A stretch of DNA of 64,000 nucleotides from Chitinophagales bacterium (GCA_046329785.1 JAXLTZ010000016.1:599-64598), one strand, 5' to 3'. Positions 36,980-45,632 are shown, counted from the first letter of the stretch. Numbers and translations: made by a program. Notes: generated from the letters alone by a model not told the origin.

Positions 36980-37873
36980 TTAGTTAAACGTTAATAGTTT
37001 TCTAAATTTTTCTAATCCGTAAGCATTGTTTTTTACAAGTAGAGGAAGTAATTCTTTAGCAGTTATCGGATTGACTTCTTTGGTTTTTTCATTGCTTGTT
37101 CCTGGATTTATTATCTCAAATTCCAATCCATTTTGCTTCATAAATTCACGAACACCTAAATCACATGCACCTGTGATCATGCGATAATAATTTACTGTCA
37201 ACAATGTGTCTTCTTTGATTGGGTCGTTTTTTAATTTCTCGCAAACTATTTTGAATTTGACATCTTCAATTGCAACCTTTTTGGTAGTTCCATGTGCGAA
37301 GAAGCCATCTTTTTCAGCGACAAAACAATCTGTTTTGTTTATCACTCCTTTTTGCATTGAATTAATATTATATCCACTGTATATTATTATACCTTTAGAT
37401 GTTTCTCTATTTTGAATTACAAAGCAGGTTCCATCAACAGCTTTAATGTCGTATTTTTTCTTTCTTATTTTTATTGCAGTCAATGCCGCGTTGTCGCGGA
37501 AATTTCCATCACCGATAGTAGCCAGCACAGGCATGTCACCAATGGCAGTCAATGCCGCGTTGTCGCCGAAATTTCCATCACCGATAGTAGCCAGCACAGG
37601 CATGTCACCAATGGCAGTCAATGCCGCGTTGTCGCCGAAATTGTAAGAGCCGATAGTAGCCAGCACAGGCATGTCACCAATGGCAGTCAATGCCGCGTTG
37701 TAGCTGAAATTGTAAGAGCCGATAGTAGTTACATTTTTGCAACTTACGTATCTCAATTCCGGCATGTTGTTGAAACAATTATCGCCAATTTCCGTGATTT
37801 TGTGGTTGATAAATTTTCCGTCAACTAGATCGGATGAATCAACACTTATTAATTTTTTGTTTTCAATTTTCAT
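36980..37873 (-). CDS. Leucine-rich-repeat (BspA-like, 23-aa period) protein with an unknown C-terminal domain
   Basis: NAALTAIGDMPVLATIGxxNFGD is repeated four times after a degenerate unit (IGDNCFNNMPELRYVSCKNVTTIGSYNFSY). Confidence 0.7.
   Translation of the reverse strand: MKIENKKLISVDSSDLVDGKFINHKITEIGDNCFNNMPELRYVSCKNVTTIGSYNFSYNAALTAIGDMPVLATIGSYNFGDNAALTAIGDMPVLATIGDGNFGDNAALTAIGDMPVLATIGDGNFRDNAALTAIKIRKKKYDIKAVDGTCFVIQNRETSKGIIIYSGYNINSMQKGVINKTDCFVAEKDGFFAHGTTKKVAIEDVKFKIVCEKLKNDPIKEDTLLTVNYYRMITGACDLGVREFMKQNGLEFEIINPGTSNEKTKEVNPITAKELLPLLVKNNAYGLEKFRKLLTFN
37476..37751. repeat. Four tandem 69-bp repeats (coding, in frame)
   Basis: Units start at 37476, 37545, 37614 and 37683. 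Copies 1 and 2 differ at one base, copy 3 differs in an 8-nt patch, and copy 4 is degenerate in its distal half. Confidence 0.9.
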
Positions 37874-37892
37874 AATATTAAAAATTTATTTT

Positions 37893-38012
37893 TTATAATT
37901 TACGGTACTTAGTTGCTTGCAATGAAAACCTACTAGACATTGCGCCATATTCATAAGTCACCATTTCAGCCGTATCGCTTTTAGTTTCAGTTATTTTTTT
38001 TGCTTTTGCCAT
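37893..38012 (-). CDS. Small basic hypothetical ORF (39 aa)
   Basis: MAKAKKITETKSDTAEMVTYEYGAMSSRFSLQATKYRKL. It fills the gap between two genes and is below the track cutoff. Confidence 0.3.
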   Translation of the reverse strand: MAKAKKITETKSDTAEMVTYEYGAMSSRFSLQATKYRKL

Positions 38013-38019
38013 TATATAA

Positions 38020-38445
38020 TTACTGTATGTAAGGTTTAGTATTTCTGCATTCCGGATAATTTGAACAACCTAAGAATTGTTGCTGTGTCACTTTGTTGTA
38101 TCGAATCACAAATTCTTCACCGCAACTACAATAGCCATATTTTGCTACACACTTAGCATTTTCAGTTCGTTCTTTCAGTGACACTAATAGGCTTTCAATT
38201 CCAATCAGTGTTAAATTATACCGAATAAAATCATTCTGCGTTTTAGCTTTAAACCTAATCTGCATTTTCAAAAATGTACCAGGTGTTGTTTCAAATTTTC
38301 CTAGCTTAATTTTCTTGTTAAAATGTATATCAACTTCTATGTTATTATTCACGAACCGCCACATCCATTCAAACGTTTCTGTGTGTTCAAATCCGTGATA
38401 ATCGGTTATATGAGAAATAGCATAGAATAGTTCATCGAAAGACAT
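38020..38445 (-). CDS. Protein with a C-terminal topoisomerase-type C4 zinc finger
   Basis: CSCGEEFVIRYNKVTQQQFLGCSNYPECRNTKPY resembles the zf-C4_Topoisom motif. Confidence 0.55.
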   Translation of the reverse strand: MSFDELFYAISHITDYHGFEHTETFEWMWRFVNNNIEVDIHFNKKIKLGKFETTPGTFLKMQIRFKAKTQNDFIRYNLTLIGIESLLVSLKERTENAKCVAKYGYCSCGEEFVIRYNKVTQQQFLGCSNYPECRNTKPYIQ

Positions 38446-38464
38446 TTTAAAAATTACAAAGAGT

Positions 38465-38502
38465 TAAAAAATACCGGCAGGACTATGTTGACTGCCTACC
38501 GG
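38465..38502 (-). terminator. Rho-independent terminator inside the leftward block
   Basis: On the minus strand: GGCAG-tcaacatagtc-CTGCC, with flanking CCGG/GG pairing, followed by TATTTTTT. Confidence 0.5.
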
Positions 38503-38544
38503 CCAATTCAAAAAAGAATAAAGAACTTTGCGTTAGTCGCCACT

Positions 38545-39483
38545 TTAAAATATTCTATCAATTATTGTTGCCAGATAGCCAAAGTCAACCGTAAAAGTTC
38601 GACCGGCTTCTTTTTCTTTATCAGAATGTGCTTTGAGTGCATCAATTAATTCGTTGAAGTAAGCAACATCAACACCAATTAATTGATCTTCGAGTGTAGC
38701 AATATTGGTTAAATCAAGATTGCTTGTTTGGTGCGCAATTTTTAATATTTGACCTGCATTGATAGTCCATTGGCGGTTTATAAACTTTCTGATTCTGATC
38801 AATGATGCTATCGGATATTTACTACCAATGTATTGTAACTCTTTTGATAACAAGGATTCCAAAGCATCAATATTTGTTACAAGTTTTTTTGTTTTACTTT
38901 CCCAATAATTTGTGCAATGAACGAAATCATAATTGTCATGTATTTCTTTAGCTTCACCATAGAAACGTAATACTAGTTGAATTTTATCGGATAATGTTAT
39001 TGCGTTTGCACTTAGAAATAATGGTCTATATCTTGGTTTTTCATTATTATCAGCTTCTTTAAATACTGAAACTACATTGTCAATGTATTCAGTTCCAACT
39101 TCTTCAGGATGTTGTTCAAAATATTGATAGTTACTGCCTTTGTCTTCCGCCGCAATTCCTGCTGACTTTATCACAAGTTTTACGCGACCATCTTCATCTT
39201 CCAAAACACTGATTGGAACTTCGACACCAGTGTCATTATCATCTTTTTTGCGATTAGATTTGAATTTATGTACATAGTAATGTGCCACAGCCAACACCGT
39301 TTCTTTGTTTGTAAAATAGACATCAAAGTCATTTACCTTTTCTTTCAAAAACATTGATGCAATACAACCACCAGTAATAATAGAGTTTTCTTTAACCAGT
39401 TTTTGTACTTTTTCATCTTCGATAGATTTTATAAAATCTTCAAATTTTTTAGCCAGTACGGCGTTGATAGTTTTCTTTTTCAT
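38545..39483 (-). CDS. Hypothetical protein with a Pol-beta-type nucleotidyltransferase-like motif (start moved to MKKKTINAV)
   Basis: ITGGCIASMFLKEKVNDFDVYF fits G-[GS]-x(9-13)-D-h-D-h. The listed start overlaps the MBL gene by 47 nt. Confidence 0.4.
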   Translation of the reverse strand: MKKKTINAVLAKKFEDFIKSIEDEKVQKLVKENSIITGGCIASMFLKEKVNDFDVYFTNKETVLAVAHYYVHKFKSNRKKDDNDTGVEVPISVLEDEDGRVKLVIKSAGIAAEDKGSNYQYFEQHPEEVGTEYIDNVVSVFKEADNNEKPRYRPLFLSANAITLSDKIQLVLRFYGEAKEIHDNYDFVHCTNYWESKTKKLVTNIDALESLLSKELQYIGSKYPIASLIRIRKFINRQWTINAGQILKIAHQTSNLDLTNIATLEDQLIGVDVAYFNELIDALKAHSDKEKEAGRTFTVDFGYLATIIDRIF

Positions 39484-39493
39484 GGTATTATTT

Positions 39494-40237
39494 TTAAAAA
39501 GGTGTTTTACCCAGATTAATAATTTTTCCTTTAACAGCAATCGTTACAGTTTTACCGGTTGCATTTTTGATCTCATTATAGAATAAGTTTTCATCAGAAT
39601 TATTATCACTTAGATGAATAACCACGATATTATTGACCTTAGTCAGATCGTATGCCTGCAGCGTGTTAATACACGTTTGCAAACTCATGTGTGACTGAAT
39701 TACGCGATCTCGAACGAATCCTGTTGTTTCGGCGTTTGCTAATTTTTCATTGATAATATTCTCGCAATAATTCGCTTCTATGATGATGTTGTTCAGTCCG
39801 CCGAAATTATATTCACAGTAATAAGTATCAGTCATAAACATAGTGGTACCCATTTCTTTATGGTTTATTAAAAAACCGTATGGTTGTGCTGCATCGTGTT
39901 TTACATTAAATGGTTTTACAACGAATGGTCCGATTTCTTGCTCTACCTGTTCCGGTATTGGTTTCAGCCTACGCGATTGAAAACCTAATGCGTTTATGGT
40001 ACCAGGTGATGTATAAATATTAACTCCAAATACGGACAATGGCTCTGCTGATTTCGCATGATCGCCGTGCTCGTGCGTTAGGATGCAGCCTACAATGTTT
40101 TGCAGATCGAAATTGACAGCTTCTTTTATTTTTTGAAGAATAACACCACACTCAAGAAGCAACATTTTTCCGCTGCTATCTTTTAAAAAATAACAATTAC
40201 CTTTTGAGTTACTATTTATTACATGAAGTTTCATCAT
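39494..40237 (-). CDS. Metallo-beta-lactamase-fold hydrolase (probable recombination-associated nuclease)
   Basis: ILTHEHGDHAKS (HxHxDH). It is coupled to recT. Confidence 0.8.
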   Translation of the reverse strand: MMKLHVINSNSKGNCYFLKDSSGKMLLLECGVILQKIKEAVNFDLQNIVGCILTHEHGDHAKSAEPLSVFGVNIYTSPGTINALGFQSRRLKPIPEQVEQEIGPFVVKPFNVKHDAAQPYGFLINHKEMGTTMFMTDTYYCEYNFGGLNNIIIEANYCENIINEKLANAETTGFVRDRVIQSHMSLQTCINTLQAYDLTKVNNIVVIHLSDNNSDENLFYNEIKNATGKTVTIAVKGKIINLGKTPF

Positions 40238-41400
40238 TAGAATCCTGGTTCTTGACTGCCTTTTTGCTGATTAAATAAATCCTGTTGTTGCTGTTGTTCT
40301 TCGCGAGCAATCTCGTCCTTTTCTTCTTGTGTCAATTCATTGGGATCTTTTTTTTCTTCAGTGGTTGCAACTATTTCAACCGAAACAGCAAACTGTTCGC
40401 TGTTTTGTTCCGATTTATTTTCATCTACCGTCTCAATAGTTTCTGCATCAGCGAAAGTCATTGGAACTTTATTAGCGTTTTCGTTGATTTCTGCTTTAAC
40501 TCTTTCATCTAACAATAAACGCTCGTTTTGTTGCATTTTTTGCAAATTCTCATCAATTTTCTCTGCATCAATTGTAACACTATTCCAACCTGCGCGTTTT
40601 AGTGTTTTGTAGCACATTTCAGGTTCCCAACCTTCAACTTTAATTTTATTTCCAGTTTTTACATTTCTGTTTTTTTCTTTATCCCATTTATATTCATCCT
40701 TTTCACCACCCCAGAATTCAGCTGCGGCATAAGGTGGTTTTCTTTTCTTGATTTCTTCTAAAGAAAATGTACGCAAAACATTTCTTTCAGGATTACTATA
40801 ATACATTTTATAATAAAATCCACCAATAATTTCACCTTTATCAAATGGCTCCGGTTCGAGAATATAGTTTTCTACTTTATTGTTTGCATCCTTTTTAATT
40901 ACTTTGAATTTGTCATTTTTGTAAATAACTTCTACCACAATATCATCAGGTACATCCAAGCCATATTTACGCGCTTTCAATTCAATTCCGTTGTAACCAA
41001 CGATGAACCCTATTCCATAGGATTTTCCGTCTGCTTCTTTAAATGGAATAAGATTGATGTGATTCGGCTGCATAGGATCCAATCCTATTAATACATAAGG
41101 GACACACTCTAATGCCAACTTGCTCATGTTTATATTCTTCCAGGAGAATTCCAAATTGTTTTTATACTTTTCTTCCTGTTGAGTTGTGTATTTGGCATTT
41201 GTTGCTAAACGTTTCTTTTCTGCATCTTTAAGTACCAAATCTAGCTTCAAAAAATAATTCTGCATTGTTCTTTGGTGAAACTTAGTTAGCTGCATATCCT
41301 TTGCTACATTCTCTTTAAATGCAGTCGTTACAGAATGTGCAAATCTTTCTGAATAACTAAGTTCTTTTTTGGCCACTTCTGTTGTGTTGTATGTTGACAT
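40237..41400 (-). CDS. recT: RecT-family single-strand annealing protein
   Basis: CVPYVLIGLDPMQPNHINLIPFKEADGKSYGIGFIVGYNGIELKARKYG matches the RecT core, followed by an acidic C-terminal tail. Confidence 0.65.
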   Translation of the reverse strand: MSTYNTTEVAKKELSYSERFAHSVTTAFKENVAKDMQLTKFHQRTMQNYFLKLDLVLKDAEKKRLATNAKYTTQQEEKYKNNLEFSWKNINMSKLALECVPYVLIGLDPMQPNHINLIPFKEADGKSYGIGFIVGYNGIELKARKYGLDVPDDIVVEVIYKNDKFKVIKKDANNKVENYILEPEPFDKGEIIGGFYYKMYYSNPERNVLRTFSLEEIKKRKPPYAAAEFWGGEKDEYKWDKEKNRNVKTGNKIKVEGWEPEMCYKTLKRAGWNSVTIDAEKIDENLQKMQQNERLLLDERVKAEINENANKVPMTFADAETIETVDENKSEQNSEQFAVSVEIVATTEEKKDPNELTQEEKDEIAREEQQQQQDLFNQQKGSQEPGF

Positions 41401-41433
41401 GATATAAATTTTATGAATGAATAATTTTATTTT

Positions 41434-43509
41434 TTAAGCAGTCTTTCCAAGTATGCCTTTAATGGTTTCAATGGATAAGGTTTTGTCGTTCACCTGATTC
41501 ATTATTTCAATGAATAAGTTGTGTACATCATCCAATTCTTTTGTACCAACTGTTAATTTCTCACACCACGGCGCAACTACAAGATTTATCACCTGCGCTA
41601 TTGTATCTGGTATATTTGTAACCGATTCGCGATTATCCAGAAATATAGGTGCAGTGATTTGATAATGGTTGGACAAACCATTAATAATGTCGATACCTGC
41701 AAAGATTTTACCGGCAGTATTTAGATCATCGTATGGCACACCTTTGTAGGTAGTTTTACAGGTTGGTTTTTCACCGCCGTTTTGTTGCTGATCAAACATT
41801 TTGAATCTTACATACTTGAATTTTTTGTTAACAGATTCCTCAACCGCATTAATATATTCGCTATTGTATTTGTCGATTACAAATTCTTGTCTTTCCAGGT
41901 TGGACAACTCCTGTGCAGAAGACTGTTGTTTCAATTCTAATTCTGCAATTCTAAGATTGGTTCTTTCTATTACTTCCTTTAATGCCATTTGTTTCTTTAA
42001 CTCATCCAGATTCAGTGTAGCTTCCTCTTTTTGTAGCTTCAAATCTTCAATGTCAACTTTTGGTGATTCATCGATCACAAATTTTTCTATCTCTTGTTTT
42101 AAATCGGAAATCTCTTTACTTTCAGCAATTGGAGTATTTTCGATTGTTTGAATTTCGATTATTAGTTTATCGATCTCAGTTTGTAAATCTGTTAACTTGT
42201 TCTGTGCTTCGGTATTCAGGTTTTTTAATTCCTGATTTTTTGCAGTTAATTCTTCAATACGTTCTTTGTTTTTTATGCCAATGTTGTTGATTTCATCGAG
42301 TTTTTTCGATTTGTTGGTGTTGAAGTTTATTGTAAGTTCCTTTTTGGAATTTGCAATTTTATCAGCATCCAGTTCGCGGTTACATGCCGGACAAGAAAAA
42401 TCATTATCATTGAATAATAATTCTGATTCGTTAACATTATTCCATTCTTTGCGGATTCTGTCATTTTCCGCAACGAGTTGATTAATCGAATTGTTGTTTA
42501 ATGAAATACTAGAATTGTTATTGGATATTTCATTTTGATAATTGAGTAATGAACGCTGTTTGTTTTCAAGTGAAGTTTTTAGATCACTGCTTTTATTGCG
42601 TTCTAAACTTTTTTGATCTTCTTGAAGTTTTTGCAATTTTGTTTGAAGCGCAAATTTATCTTCTTGCTGCTTTTTGATTCGTTTAAAATCATTTTCTACG
42701 GCTTTATTACGGTTTTCTATCGATTCATCAATAGATTTTAATTCTTTCTGAACTTTCTCAATTTCACTTTGCACCAGAGAGAAAACCGGTATTTCAAGCG
42801 GCAAACTTTTGGTTGCTTCATCGATACGCGCCGGTAAAGAATCAATTTCTTCTTTAATAGTTTTCTTTTGACCAGAAATTTGACTCTTATAGGATTCAAT
42901 AGTTTTATTTTGATTAAATGCACCAATCAGATTGTCTATCTCTGCTTTGAATTGAATACTGTCAATTTTAGCAATTATTGAATCAACTGAAATATTGGAT
43001 TCAAGTTTGTTCAGGATAATTCGTCTGTCTTCCCATTTTAACGCTTTAGAGTTAAAGAACATAGGGTTTGTAAGCAGTTTGAAATATTTTTCAGTTACAA
43101 TATCGTTGATCTTTGCCTGGTATTCCGATTCTTTCATAGGCACATCATTATAGAAGTATTTGGTTTCATTACCACTAAAAACTTCTTCCAGAGTACCGCG
43201 TGGACGTGTCCATTTTTGTTTGTAGATGCGTTGTAATTTTATAACTACACCGTCCACATTCCAATATCCTAAAACATCAGTATCTATTCGATCTACACGC
43301 TTACCATCTTCAAGCGGTTGTATGTTAAAGTCTGTGCGTTCTGTGCTATCTTTACCAAACAATAACCAATATACAGCATCATAGGTTGATGTTTTACCTG
43401 ATTCATTGGCGCCGTAGATGTTGTTTATTAATTGATCGAATGTAAATTCAATGCTTCTTAGTCCTTTGAAATTTTTTATGACAATTTTTTCTAATACAAT
43501 TTTTTTCAT
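41434..43509 (-). CDS. Rad50/SbcC-like AAA ATPase with a coiled coil and a CxxC hook
   Basis: IKNFKGLRSIEFTF...IYGANESGKTSTYDAVYWLLFG (Walker A), a long coiled coil with a central FSCPACNREL, and a C-terminal PIFLDNRES. Confidence 0.8.
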   Translation of the reverse strand: MKKIVLEKIVIKNFKGLRSIEFTFDQLINNIYGANESGKTSTYDAVYWLLFGKDSTERTDFNIQPLEDGKRVDRIDTDVLGYWNVDGVVIKLQRIYKQKWTRPRGTLEEVFSGNETKYFYNDVPMKESEYQAKINDIVTEKYFKLLTNPMFFNSKALKWEDRRIILNKLESNISVDSIIAKIDSIQFKAEIDNLIGAFNQNKTIESYKSQISGQKKTIKEEIDSLPARIDEATKSLPLEIPVFSLVQSEIEKVQKELKSIDESIENRNKAVENDFKRIKKQQEDKFALQTKLQKLQEDQKSLERNKSSDLKTSLENKQRSLLNYQNEISNNNSSISLNNNSINQLVAENDRIRKEWNNVNESELLFNDNDFSCPACNRELDADKIANSKKELTINFNTNKSKKLDEINNIGIKNKERIEELTAKNQELKNLNTEAQNKLTDLQTEIDKLIIEIQTIENTPIAESKEISDLKQEIEKFVIDESPKVDIEDLKLQKEEATLNLDELKKQMALKEVIERTNLRIAELELKQQSSAQELSNLERQEFVIDKYNSEYINAVEESVNKKFKYVRFKMFDQQQNGGEKPTCKTTYKGVPYDDLNTAGKIFAGIDIINGLSNHYQITAPIFLDNRESVTNIPDTIAQVINLVVAPWCEKLTVGTKELDDVHNLFIEIMNQVNDKTLSIETIKGILGKTA

Positions 43510-43655
43510 AAATTTGATTTAGTTAGTGATTTAATATTTGAATTTACGGTAGGCGAACGGCTTCAACGCTGTCTATTTTGTTTAGGGGTTTAAAAATCAG
43601 CGGTAGCAGCGAGATCATTTTTACCGCTTTTAAAACTATAAAACTATGAAACCCA

Positions 43656-43671
43656 ATTGCCTCGCGGCAAT
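43656..43671 (-). terminator. Hairpin downstream of the tRNA-like element
   Basis: On the minus strand: ATTGCC-GCGA-GGCAAT followed by TGGGTTTCATAGTTTTATAGTTTT. A second hairpin, AGCGGTA...TACCGCT, lies at 43599-43628. Confidence 0.4.
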
Positions 43672-43682
43672 CAATAGAGTTG

Positions 43683-43805
43683 CTTGGATGAGTGGATTTG
43701 AACCACCGACCTTTGAATACACCTCGCCGAATTTCCAGCATCCTACTTTAGCGATTCGAACCTTTTTGCGATAACATCAACGCTCTACCACTGAGCTACA
43801 ACCAA
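43683..43805 (-). tRNA. tRNA-like element with about 51 nt inserted at the anticodon-loop position (intron-containing tRNA, pseudogene or decoy)
   Basis: On the minus strand: TTGGTTG-TA-GCTCAGTGGTAGAGC-G-TTGAT-[58 nt]-TTCAA-AGGTC-GGTGGTTCAAATCCACT-CATCCAA-G. The acceptor pairs 6 of 7 and the D and T arms are canonical. I found no 5-7-5 anticodon hairpin in the insert. Confidence 0.45.
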
Positions 43806-43824
43806 TCCAAACAGTGATGAACTG

Positions 43825-44079
43825 TTATGCTTTGCCGTAAACCCAGTGGGATTCTACCTGGGTTGCTTTTTCTTCAGCAGCAGCAACAGTTTTTTCTTCA
43901 ACAACTTCTTTTTTTTCTTCCGCCAGTTCTTCAGTTGCAGAAGCTGTTTCTTCTTCAACTTCTTCTTTCACTTCTTCTTTTTGTTCAGTGTCTTCAGAAA
44001 CTTTGTTTTCTTCTTCGACAAAGAATTTTGGTGCTACAAAAGAAGCCACCATTGCGAAAAGCACAAATAATTTTTTCAT
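43825..44079 (-). CDS. Secreted, highly acidic Glu/Lys-rich small protein
   Basis: Signal-like MKKLFVLFAMVASFVAP followed by E/K/V low-complexity sequence. Confidence 0.5.
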   Translation of the reverse strand: MKKLFVLFAMVASFVAPKFFVEEENKVSEDTEQKEEVKEEVEEETASATEELAEEKKEVVEEKTVAAAEEKATQVESHWVYGKA

Positions 44080-44167
44080 ACGATTTTATTGATTATAATT
44101 AATGCCTACTTTTTATTCCTGTGTTCGGCTTGTCAGGTTATTATTGATATGTTTTATTGTTTAAGAA

Positions 44168-44290
44168 TTAATTTAAAATCTTCGATAAAATGTAATCAAC
44201 AATGTTTTTAGAAGACAACACCACTAATCCAATTGCAATCACAACTACCAGTGCATTATTAATATCATTTTTGTCTATTAGCTTTTTCAT
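44168..44290 (-). CDS. 40-aa single-TM peptide (start moved to MKKLIDKN)
   Basis: ALVVVIAIGLVVL is the TM segment. A TAATG overlap couples it to the upstream 61-aa gene. Confidence 0.4.
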   Translation of the reverse strand: MKKLIDKNDINNALVVVIAIGLVVLSSKNIVDYILSKILN

Positions 44291-44475
44291 TAGCTGTATT
44301 TTACGATTAGCATTACTACGGTGAAAAAAACAATGCTTATTACTGACACCATGAAGAAACCACAACCAACACCATCTTTATGAATATGATCATGCTCTGA
44401 CATTTCATCATATCCTGGATCGCTGCAACATTTGTTACATTCACAATTTGGATTATTTGGTTCTTGTGCTTTCAT
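44290..44475 (-). CDS. 61-aa Cys/His-rich peptide with a C-terminal TM helix
   Basis: CECNKCCSDPGYDEMSEHDHIHKDGVGCG followed by FFMVSVISIVFFTVVMLIV. Confidence 0.45.
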   Translation of the reverse strand: MKAQEPNNPNCECNKCCSDPGYDEMSEHDHIHKDGVGCGFFMVSVISIVFFTVVMLIVKYS

Positions 44476-44650
44476 CGGTATATTGTTTTTTCAATACTAA
44501 TTTTTTAGGCGATTCAATCTCATATACTCTTTTCTTTGAGCGACTCCTAATAGTGTTCCATCTTTCCATTTTGGTTGGTGTAGCAAGAAATGTCAGCTTA
44601 CAATCATCTGCAATTTTTCCGGCAGGATCTATTGAATCAATCGCCCTCAT
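44453..44650 (-). CDS. Hypothetical basic protein
   Basis: 65-aa ORF with an ATGA overlap to the upstream HTH gene. Confidence 0.4.
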   Translation of the reverse strand: MRAIDSIDPAGKIADDCKLTFLATPTKMERWNTIRSRSKKRVYEIESPKKLVLKKQYTDESTRTK

Positions 44651-44967
44651 CTTTTATCACTTCTCTTTGTTGATTCGTAATATTTTCTTACAGCACTTTT
44701 CGGAACACTCAATAGCTTACCTAAATCGTTATAGTCACCAAACTTTACCTTATCAGTTATCCAACCACGCGCCGTATCTTCTTTGATTGGAAAAATTTCA
44801 CACAAATCAGCCACACACAACAAATCGCTATATTTATCCCAATCAACCGACATACTCAATTTCTTTTCTTCCTCTATTGCTTTTTGTTGCCCACGATAAC
44901 TAGCTTCTTCAATCTGTTTGAAAAAATCATTTGCTGTAATGCCTTGTATAATTATAGTAGCTTCCAT
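44647..44967 (-). CDS. Excisionase/MerR-type (HTH_17-like) DNA-binding protein
   Basis: LLCVADLCEIFPIKEDTARGWI...LGKLLSVPKSAVRKYY. Confidence 0.5.
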   Translation of the reverse strand: MEATIIIQGITANDFFKQIEEASYRGQQKAIEEEKKLSMSVDWDKYSDLLCVADLCEIFPIKEDTARGWITDKVKFGDYNDLGKLLSVPKSAVRKYYESTKRSDKR

Positions 44968-44990
44968 GTGTTTGATTCATTTAAAAACAG

Positions 44991-45042
44991 GTGAGTGGAA
45001 GTCTTTGAGAAAATGTTGACGTAAACAACAACTTCCACTCAC
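44991..45042. promoter_or_regulatory. Long intergenic hairpin (12-bp stem, 28-nt loop)
   Basis: GTGAGTGGAAGT ... ACTTCCACTCAC, lying between two leftward genes. Confidence 0.4.
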
Positions 45043-45123
45043 ACCGATGATGCCGTAGAACAAAAAAACTATTGCATCAAAAAAAAGAACTATCAACGGT
45101 TCAATAAAACCGTATATTTTAAA

Positions 45124-45363
45124 TCAATTAAATTTTACTGTTTTCAATTTTTCTGTTAATGCAGTTAATACATGAGGCATTACTGATTCTTCACCATCTG
45201 CAATTTTCTTTAGTGTTCTGTATGAACAATCAGTAATTTCAGGCAACATTCTAGCAGGATATATAGCCATAAGTTTCAACACTTTTTTTGTCAAAGAAGA
45301 ACTCGGCTTTGTGCCTTTTCTTCTATCAATCTTCTGAATAACATTTTTTTTAAAAGTTGGCAT
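45124..45363 (-). CDS. Hypothetical small protein (possible HTH)
   Basis: 79-aa ORF, the first gene after the 45.4-45.7 kb non-coding region. Confidence 0.5.
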   Translation of the reverse strand: MPTFKKNVIQKIDRRKGTKPSSSLTKKVLKLMAIYPARMLPEITDCSYRTLKKIADGEESVMPHVLTALTEKLKTVKFN

Positions 45364-45632
45364 AATGAAAAATTATTTGTATTTTTATTCGTTATAGTAA
45401 AACATACAACGTTGCATGTTTTAAATTGACATTACAAATGTACAAAAGTTCTATGAGCTTTTGTAATAATTCACATGAAATTTCTTAAAATTTAACAAAT
45501 TAATTTTGGCAAATATAAAACAATATGATAATCAGGAGTTTAGGATTTTTATAAAATTCCTAAAATCTCAGAAAATTCTAAAAAACTTAAATAGCAGATT
45601 TGTTATTTAAGTAATTCGACAAAAATGCTATG

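Noticed and set aside
37412-37828. Plus-strand ORFs over the 69-bp repeats. I also briefly considered that the repeats could be a CRISPR-like array.
   Set aside because: The repeats are contiguous with no spacers, have a period divisible by three, and encode a sensible LRR consensus on the minus strand within a 297-aa ORF. The plus-strand ORFs are antisense artefacts.
43544-43741. 65-aa minus-strand ORF.
   Set aside because: It runs through the 3' half of the tRNA-like element and the two downstream hairpins. An RNA-element explanation fits the sequence better.
43827-44102. Two plus-strand ORFs (91 and 74 aa) rich in Leu, Phe and Gln.
   Set aside because: They are antisense to the acidic E/K-rich gene 43825..44079 and mirror its low complexity. 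The minus-strand gene has a signal peptide and fits the operon direction.
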